DNA from: the human T2T-CHM13v2.0 reference genome, Homo sapiens
DNA length: 64,000 bases
NCBI RefSeq assembly: GCF_009914755.1
Contig: NC_060935.1
Strand: one strand, 5' to 3'
Below the pieces are notes generated by a model. That model did no database searches. It was not told the origin of the DNA and was given only the letters and a program-made list of their open reading frames with translations. A program made the translations under genes and the position numbers. Of this stretch, positions 52,211 through 64,000 are shown piece by piece; position 1 is the stretch's first letter, and every line of letters starts with the position of its first letter.

Positions 52211-53458
52211 TATTTCTATGAATAAAACTACATGCTCAAAGCTCACTTTTAAAGGCTGCCTGCCTTGTCACCTCCAGTGGACTTGCCTTGTTGCAGGCAC
52301 AAAATAGGCAGGTACTTCACCTAACAGCTAAAGACAAATGTAAATGTTCCTTAAAATATTAATCTTATATGAAGAAAATATTAATGAAATCATACATATT
52401 CTATGGTTTTCTTTTAATCCTTAAGTCTTTAAGAGGTGGAAGTAATCAGCTGCTCTACTCAGATATCCTAGACGTAATTTCTTGTTAGCTAGAGAGAGTC
52501 AGAAAGAGAGAAAAATGATGAATTAATGAATATAATTTCTAGTAAAACCAGGCTTTTAGGATGACCGTGGTTAAAAAAAACATATTGACTGGGAAACATT
52601 AATCAGAAAGTAAAGTATTATATTACAGAGAAAGAATAAAAAGCATCAAACTTATCTAGTAGCAATATAAGATGTTAAGCTACTTGTCAGCAGCTGAACA
52701 GTTCAGTCAAGGCAGAGGTAAAGAGAAGCAAAACAAGTAAAGAATATGGGCAGAATTATTTAAAAAGTTTTAATTATTTAAACCACAAAAATATGAGCAG
52801 CCAAGAATATTGTAGGAAATTAACCAGAGTCAAATATTCATTATACCTTCATGCTCTGACATGGAAGTCTGGCCTTACAGGTAATGGGAGAATGGGCAAT
52901 GGCATTATAATAAGGGCAGAGTTAAGAAAGAAAAACAAAGTCAATTAGAGAAACTTTAATCATATTTAAATGAACTAAATTTCAATAAGAGGTATAGCTA
53001 CATGTGTGGTCCAGCTGGTTTGACCTTAGAGGATGGTCCAGAGAAGAGTTTGGTAGAAATTGTGTTTCAGAAAATGATGTTATAACGGGGATGAGTGCCA
53101 TTTCAGTACGAAATAGCTTCTAGTTTCTATTGACCTGTTGTTTTATTTCGCCTTCCTATTGTAGTGAAGTTAATGCAGATATTAAATCATGTATTCACAT
53201 ATCCACATTATCTCTTCCACTCTTCTCATTTGGCAGGGATCTGGAAGGGATCGTGGACTGAAGAAATGTGGAAGCTCACTCCCTAGATATGAGCCTGGTC
53301 CTGAGGAATCTAGGAAGCAAATCCATTGCTTAGAGATTCTCCCAGCCCTTAAGATTACCCTAGTTGAGCTCATTCAGGAATGGACTATATCAAGGGATCA
53401 GAGAAGAGACAAAAGCATGTCTAAGATTTTCATTTAAGGTTATTCAGAGAAACAAGAC

Positions 53459-53807
53459 TGCATTAGTTTGTTCTCATGCTGCCAATAAAAACATACCTGA
53501 GACTGGGTAATTTATAAAGGAAAGAGGTTTAATGGCCTCATGGTTCCACATGGCTGGGGAGGCCTCAGATTCGTAGTGGAAGAGCAAGGGACGTCTTTGA
53601 GACGTACAAGGAGAGCTTGTACATGGGATCTCCCCTTTATAAAACCATCAGATCTCATGAGACTTAATCACTATCAGGAAAACAGCACAGGAAATACCTG
53701 CCCCCATGACCCAATTACCTCCCACCAGACTCTTCTTATGACACATGGGAATTGTGGGAGCTACATTCAAGATGATATTTGAGTGGGGACACAGCCACAC
53801 CATATCA
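53459..53807 (-). mobile_element. THE1 (B/C-like) MaLR solo LTR
   Basis: 'acatacctgagactgggtaatttataaaggaaagaggtttaat', 'aaaaccatcagatctcatgagactta'; perfect TSD aagac (53454-53458 and 53808-53812). Confidence 0.93.
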
Positions 53808-53819
53808 AAGACCAATAGG

Positions 53820-53860
53820 GTGTGTGTGTGTGTGTATACACATATACACACACACACCCC

Positions 53861-53942
<82 letters not shown>

Positions 53943-53955
53943 GAGAGAGAGAGAG
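53820..53955. repeat. compound microsatellite (TG)n-(CA)n-(TA)n-(GA)n
   Basis: seen directly in the sequence. Confidence 0.95.
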
Positions 53956-54942
53956 ATTTACCTTAAAGCATTGGTTCATGTGATTGTAGAGGCTTGGTGA
54001 GTCTAAAATTTGATAGGAAGGTGGGCAAACAGGAGACTCAGGGAAGAGCTGCAATTCAAGTCTGAAAGCAGCATGCTGGCAGAATTCCCTCTTGCTCACG
54101 GGAGGTCTGTATTTGTTCTATTTGGGCTTTCAACTGATTGGATGAAGCCCACCCACATTAGTGAGGGCAATTGTCTCTAATCGTGTTCATCAATTTAAAT
54201 GTTTATCTCATCCATAAGTACACCTTCACAGACACATCCAAAATAATAATGGACCAAATATCTAGGCACCATAACCCAGCCAAGTTGACACAAAATTAAT
54301 CATCACACTGCCTATAGTAACTAAGGATGTTTTCAGTAGAACTAGATAGAAAGGGTAAAAATACAACTTCCTTGAGGACCATCAAGTGGAAAAAGTAGTT
54401 TATATAAGGAGAAATACGACCAAGTCTCAAACTTTGTTACATTCCAGAATTGCAATACGTATGTGTTATAGAGTCACAGTTTGTTTTTATAAGCATATGT
54501 GGAGACATATATTGCCTATTTACTAATGGACTAATTGGGGTCCATTCAAAATTTTTGAAGTATTTTTCCAAGCAGTGTTTTTTAGAATAGTAACATCATT
54601 TCTTAAATTCTATAACCATGACAATTCAAATAAAAATTTGGCTACTATAAAATATGACAAATAAATTAAGATCTATCCTTGTTAACCCTTTTCCCAAGTA
54701 ATTTCAGGGAAAATTATATTTCGTTTATCAGTAAAGTACTTCTCAATTATTCTGATATTCGTTTTACTAGTTTGAATTTTTAAGTATCTAACCATTGCAT
54801 TTCTCTACAAAAAATTCTGAGATATCACTAGCTGAAAGCTCTGTTTCTCTTTTTAGATTTCTCTAGGCATTTAGAAAATATTTAATGAATATTTATTTAT
54901 TGAACACATCTTCTCTACAGTCACTTACATGATCATCATATC

Positions 54943-55851
54943 TGTGGGGAAAAGAAAGAGAGATCATACTGTTACTGTGTCTATGTAGAAAGAAGTAGAC
55001 ATAAGAGACTCCATTTTTTTCTGTACTAAGAAAAATTCTTCTCCTTGAGATGCTGTCAATCTGCAACCCTACCCCGAACCCTGTGCTCACAGAAAACATG
55101 TGCTGTGTCGACTCAAGGTTTAATGGATTTAGGGCTATGCAGGATGTGCTTTGTTAAACCAATGCTTGAAGGCAGCATGCTTGTTAAAAGTCATCACCAC
55201 TCCCTAATCTCAAGTACCCAGGGACACAAAACACTGCAGAAGTCCGCAGGGACCTCTGCCTAGGAAAGCCAGGTATTGTCCAAGGTTTCTCCCGATGTGA
55301 TAGTCTGAAATATGGCCTCATGGGAAGGGAAAGACCTGACCGTCCCCCAGCCCGACACCTGTAAAGGGTCTGTGCTGAGGAGGATTAGTAAAACAGGAAG
55401 GCCTCTTTGCAGTTGATAAGAGGAAAGCATCTGTCTCCTGCTCATCCCTGGCCAATGGAATGTCTCGGTGTAAAACCCAATTGTATATTCCATCTACTGA
55501 GATAGGAGAAAACCACCTTAGGGCTGGAGGTGAGACATGCTGGTGGCAATACTGCTCTTTAAGGCATTGAGATGTTTATGTATATGCACATGAAAAGCAC
55601 AGCACTTTTTTCTTTACCTTGTTTATGATGCAGAGGCACTTGTTCACATGTTTTCCTGCTGACCCTCTCTCCACTATTACCCTATTGTCCTGCCACATTC
55701 CCCTCTCTGAGATGGTAGAGCTAATGATCAATAAATACTGAGGGAACTCAGAGACCGGTGCCGGCGCTGGTCCTCCGTAAGCTGAGCTCCAGTCCCCTGG
55801 GCCCGCTTTTCTTTCTGTATACTTTGTCTGTGTCTCTTTCTTTTCCCCACA
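54943..55851 (+). mobile_element. HERV-K(HML-2) LTR5 (LTR5B-like) solo LTR with an altered U5 end
   Basis: starts 'tgtggggaaaagaaagagagatca'; contains 'ctcaagtacccagggacacaaa', 'gatcaataaatactgagggaactcagag'; TSD atatc (54938-54942 and 55852-55856). Confidence 0.96.
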
Positions 55852-56359
55852 ATATCTATTTTATACACATCAATGGGTTATTAGTAACAACACGAACTGC
55901 CACATCCTGTTATAAGCTTGATATTAGCAGACCAAATTATCTAAGTTTAGTTTTACCATGCCCTGAAGACAAAGTAGGTGTTAAACTTTCAGAATTTATC
56001 AGAAGGGAGAGTTTGTAAATGAAAGCTTTTGTCATAAGGCAATTTTTGTTCTTTCATTAAAATTTGGCACAGGATACCTTAGCTAGAGAATGATGTAATT
56101 CATTGTCAGTTCTGGGTGGCCACAATAGCTATAAGGAAAGGAGTGCCCTAGATTAGTCAGAGCTTTGTACAGTGGCGTGGAGAAGTATACATAGGGACTA
56201 CCAAGAACAGTAGTAACCCCACTTAGAAGTTACTGTGAAGTCATATTGCCATGTGCATTTATATTGTATTTGCAGTATGAAAATTATTTTATATAAATTC
56301 CATTTTAATTGCATCTGTAAGGAATTTATTTCACAAGATAGATGAAGCCTGATTTCTCC

Positions 56360-56475
56360 TTTTATAATAAATAAAATATAGAGTCAGGGTAATTAAGTGA
56401 TTTGCTCACAAGTGAGAAGCCAAAGAGTGAAGTCTCTAACCCAGGTTTTCTGACTCTCAGTCTAGTATTCTTTGT
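56360..56475 (-). mobile_element. MIR fragment
   Basis: 'ttaagtgatttgctcaca...aacccaggttttctgactctcagtctagt'. Confidence 0.6.
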
Positions 56476-56869
56476 ACAAAAGATTATAGAATTCTTTGAT
56501 CTGACAGACATTATTGGACACCTAATATATTCCAGAACACCTGGGGTGGTTAATGAAGCTGCTGTAGCCCTTGCCCAAAAGGATATTTCATTCCAGCCTC
56601 TCATGAGTAATTTTCAGACCACTGTCAATACTAATGGATATATATTATTTATGTTAAATATTTTAGCCATGGTCTGTAGAAGTCAAGATTTATTTCTAGA
56701 TTTGGTCTTCTTTTTTACTTATATTTTTCAATTGCCTTATTTGTAATATGGATGAAATTTCTTACATTTCTTAATAATATCTTAGAACATTCCAAGTGTG
56801 CAGTACTATGTAATTCTTCTCACTGAGATGTGCTACAGTTTCTCTTGTAGATTCTATCTCTCTTGATGA

Positions 56870-57266
<397 letters not shown>

Positions 57267-58494
57267 AGAAATTTGTTTCTTATATTGGTTCTTTGCTTTA
57301 CCAATTTTACATGTTTACTTTTTTTTATGCTACTCCGTCTTTGATCCTGGAAGATAAGACCTCCCTTTCCTGTGGCACCTGATGCTTGTGTCAACTTGGG
57401 ACACTCATGCACTTCTTCCCTTCTGTGCTGCAGGAGAAGCTTTTCACTGGTCTCTCCTTCCTCACTTTCAGCCACTGGTACCCCACCTCTCAAAATATTA
57501 TAGAATTTGTGCAGTAACTGTAAGTCATAGCACACAATAACTACTCCTGAAATATCATGTTTATCTCCTTCTTCCATTCTAACTACTTCTAAGGAGTTCT
57601 GTTTTATGGGCTTCAGTAATAACTGGCATCATCTGATTTTTATGTCCCAATTATCCTGCTCATTTCTGGTCTGCATGGTGGTCAGAGCCATGTAATCTGC
57701 CTCTGTGATTTAGGATAGAATGAGTTTTATGTGAAATCTAGACAGGAATTATTTCCCTGCTAGACAACAAAAATATTTTTTTGTTATTGGTGGTGGTGGT
57801 TTTGGTTTACAAAAGGATCACCTTTCTATGCACTTGTGGATAAAGGGAGGATATAATTACATAATGGGCAAAAACAAAAACATATTTAAATCTCTGTTAT
57901 CAAAGGAGAAAAATTCCCTTTACAACATTTTAAAACTTGACCTTTTCCTAGTCTGTGCTTATATAACTCCAATAATAAATGGTGGAGGCGGAACTGTATC
58001 ACAGAAATAGTGAAATCATTCTTAATTTCAAGGAATATAACAGGCTTCGGTTTTTCTGGTGTATAGAGCTAAGGTAAGATATAATTATATAAACATGTCT
58101 TTGCTTACTACTCACTAGATTAACATAGTCTGTGATGTATCTAACAATTTGTCTATTCCAATAATTTAGTATCAGCATTAAACATTTGTCATATCCAAAT
58201 GAAAAACAAACATGAGAACCATCTGTCTCAATAATTAGAATAATACCAAGTGCTTTATTCAGTGTACCCCTACACACCAGGTAACAAGTATATACTTTTG
58301 AGGGACTAGCCAGGAAAGACATTAAACAGAAAAAGAAGGTGAAGGTAAACTCCTTACCTGCAAGGCTTCAGATAATTGTGACCAGAGACTAATGTCATAA
58401 TGGAATCTAGAAAATAGAGACAAAACAGGCTGTGAACAGTTTCCGTTTTCATAACATCTGAAGGAGGCCAGCATTTACTTTTCTTTCCTAAGAA

Positions 58495-58705
58495 TAAGCT
58501 TACTAGAACTACTTGAGTAGCTTTATTTATGTATTTATTGTATTATCAAAATACAACTGTCCCACCCCATCCTGGAAATTCTGATCCATAAATACAAGTG
58601 TGGATAGAACATGTGTAGGTTAATCACACTGCTGCACAGGTGTTTCTGATAACCGGAACCTTCCCTCACACTCCTCCCTCCCAGCCCCGGCTCTCAAATC
58701 GCTGT
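58495..58705. mobile_element. MER5B-like relic
   Basis: 'ccccatcctggaaattctgatcca...caggtgtttctgat'. Confidence 0.45.
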
Positions 58706-59589
58706 CATGGAATAATATCAAAGGTTCCTTTCTACTCTAATACAGAGTAAGTAGCTCTGTGTAGTGACGTTTTCTTACAGTATATTTTAGTTATTTGTTT
58801 ATTTATTTATTTATTTTTTAGATTTTAAAAGGAAGTATTTATTGGCCTGTTACGTACCAAGGTCTAGGTTTAGGCACATTTTCAGAGGGAAACAAATCCT
58901 CCGTAGAGTTTTCCTCCACAGAGTTTCATATCTAATGGGCTCTTAACAAGCAACGTTTCTATATTTGTAATGGACTCTTCTGGAGAAGATAAGGAGTACT
59001 TTTTTTTTTCCTGCAGAGTTGACAATAAAAGTGGAAAGTGGAAAGTAAAGTTCTCCTGAGTATCTTAGCATATATTTAACCAAGCCGGCTATACAGAAAT
59101 AAAAAGTATAAGGTATAAGAAATACTTTACTGCCAACCCCCCTTTTTTTTTTTGTTTCTAGCCTTCATTTTATCCACACTAATCACTCTACTCCTTAATT
59201 TTAAGGTACTTCTAATGATGCATGAAATCCCAGCATTTCTTTTCTGAGCAATGTCCCACTCTCCATATAATCTCACATCCATTTCCTCTATCAAATATAC
59301 ACAGTTTGGGGGCATTTTATGAAACTGAAGAATTATTGACAGTTTTATTATTGCAGGTCAAATGGTGTTCTAGTTATGGTTTTAGTTTTGTTATTTAGGA
59401 GAGTCATCAGATTTTAAATATAACATTTAATATTTATGCATGAAATAACATGGTGTTTAGGACTTAATTTAAAAGAAATTATTGGGCAGGGGAAACATGG
59501 ACTGAGATTATGGGTGAAATAATACTGTCTGAGTTGATAACTGTTAAAACTAGGTGAAGGGAACATGGGATCCCACTATATTATTCATG

Positions 59590-62200
<2,611 letters not shown>

Positions 62201-62301
62201 CACTAAAACTATTCTATTTGTTTATATGTTTGAAATTTCCAATGACAAAAAGTCAACAAAATGTTTTCTGTTGTATTCTCTATTTAAATTTTATCAACAA
62301 G

Positions 62302-62675
62302 TGTGATGTTTAATTTTATGTGTCAACTTGGCTAGGCTATAGTACCCAGTTGTTCAGTTTTATACTAATCTAGGTGTTGTTATGAAGGCATTGATGGATA
62401 TACTTAACATTTACAATCAGCTGATTTTTAAGTAAAGGAGATTACTCTTGATAATGTGGATAGACTTATCCAATCAACTGATAACCCTTAAGAGTGAAAC
62501 TTGAGATTTCCCCAAAAGAAAGAAATTTGGTCTCAAGCTTGCAACATCATCTCCAGCCTGTGTGTTTCAGCCTATGGGTCTAACCTGCAAATCTCTGACT
62601 TGCTAGTCCCCACAACTGGGTGAGTCAGTTCTTTCAAATAAATCTATACATGTATATTTATGTATGTATATCCTT
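62302..62675 (+). mobile_element. MLT2D-like ERVL LTR
   Basis: 'tgtgatgtttaattttatgtgtcaacttggctaggctatagtacccag...agtaaaggagattactcttgataatgtgg...atccaatcaactga'. Confidence 0.85.
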
Positions 62676-64000
62676 AAAGAATGAATTTATCATGGTAGAA
62701 ACTTGAGGTCAGTGACAGATTTTCAGACAGAACACTGTGTCTGAAAATAGCGCTGTGCCCTTCAACCCACTTGCCAAAGACGTATGTCTACGTCATAAGG
62801 TAAAACTTGTTCTGATGTTGTTAAATGATACACTTAAATTATGATAAAGACAATTTAATATGTTACACTATTAGAGTACTTCTAATTTTTATACAAAGTA
62901 TATAAAGTTGCTATCTATGACCCTATATATAACTGGATCACTAAAACACCTAATTACATCATTTTTTGGTATTTTCAAAGCTCAACAGATAAAAAAATCA
63001 CAATATTAACAACGCTGTTTCATTGCCTGAGATCTTCTCCAATACACTTAGAGAACTTCGGTGCACTGGAGAACCTAAGTCTCAAAGGCAAGTAGTGACA
63101 ATACAAGATATCGGCAAATGAGGGCACTAATTTTCAAAGAGGCTAAATGTTTGCCAGCAATACATAGCAGAAATGTTATATTACTGCCATATTCTTAAAT
63201 TGCTGTACATACTAAAATTACTTTGGGGAGAATTTTCCAAGTATGTAATCCTAACTCACCCTGTACAAACTAACCAAATCAGAGAGGAATCCAAGCTGGT
63301 ATGCTATAAAAATGTTTCCTAAGTCATCCTTTGGGTAATCTGTTTAAGAGCTTCTACATTACCTACAGATATTCCAAACCACAGGCCAGTGTTATTTTCT
63401 GCTGTCTCTTTCCACTTATAGATGGAAGCATCTGAGAAGCATTCATAGTGAGCCAAATGACTTAGAGGAGGGATTTCTTATTTTTCTTATCAATCATTAT
63501 GGAACCGAAGTGTCTGCCTCTGTGCATTTAATAAAGTTACTGCATGCAAAATTAATAAGATATTTACCTTAGAAGCAAAATTATATCAAGTTATATATTT
63601 GTTCTGGTAACATGCAATTATCCATTATTTTGATTAAAATGTTCATTTTCTTTAGATCACATACATGCATCATATGAGTTGGAATGTATGTTACATATTC
63701 TGGGGACATTTCAGATGAATATATGGAGATGAACTGCAATAGGAACATCTACATATACATGTGGAGACTGACACCTTAAATAATTTCCATGGTGACTCCA
63801 GAGAGAATATAAAAGCCCCTTCTGTTTCACTGTTCTCTTTTTCTCACCCTTCTGCTGTATGGCTCCTGATTTAAACAATAACAGATAACAAGATTAATAA
63901 AGCACAGGCTTTTTAATGAAATCATGTTTGGTATCAAGCCCTTTAACTTTCTAATCTGTTTTCAGCAGCTGTAAGTGCTGCACAGTCACTTTCAGTATCT

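Larger units (their letters stand above)
53425..54307 (-). mobile_element. MLT2B/C-type ERVL LTR hosting a THE1 LTR and a compound microsatellite
   Basis: 'cagagaaacaagac|caataggg', 'ttcaactgattggatgaagcccacccacatt', end 'cccagccaagttgacacaaaattaatcatcaca'. Confidence 0.85.

Noticed and set aside
51821-52307. Long ORFs on both strands (141 aa and 116 aa)
   Set aside because: Artefact of a stop-free GA-rich low-complexity tract.
63254-63320. Possible third minus-strand exon (63303-63260, donor GG|gtgagt)
   Set aside because: The acceptor pyrimidine tract is weak; it cannot be distinguished from a chance pseudo-exon.
63940-63976. Plus-strand acceptor followed 5 nt later by gtaagt (micro-exon or recursive site)
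   Set aside because: The donor's exonic context is poor, the site is at the window edge, and there is no supporting partner.

Overview
AT-rich, CpG-poor primate genomic DNA. AluY and an HML-2 LTR5 solo LTR point to a catarrhine, most likely human or another ape. It looks like a gene desert or a large intron. I see no credible protein-coding gene, tRNA/rRNA gene or CpG island. The listed ORFs are chance ORFs or read through Alu, L1, LTR or simple repeats. Much of the window is interspersed repeat: seven dimeric Alus (J, S, Sc, Y), a FRAM-like monomer, many MIR and L2 relics, L1 pieces of several ages, a CR1/L3 relic, solo LTRs (MLT1A, MSTA, THE1, MLT2A/B-C/D, MER74, MER77-like, LTR5B) and DNA-transposon fossils (MER45, MER63, MER5, Tigger2, ORSL). 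Several of these are nested, with visible target-site duplications (TSDs). Family names come from recalled consensus sequences and need RepeatMasker/Dfam confirmation. Most notable: (1) an LTR5 solo LTR whose U5 end is replaced by an inverted copy of its own U3 end, giving 19-bp perfect terminal inverted repeats inside an intact TSD; (2) two pre-miRNA-sized hairpins (14701-14781 and 23542-23633); (3) two well-formed minus-strand candidate exons; (4) a twin-primed old L1; (5) a close inverted Alu pair.
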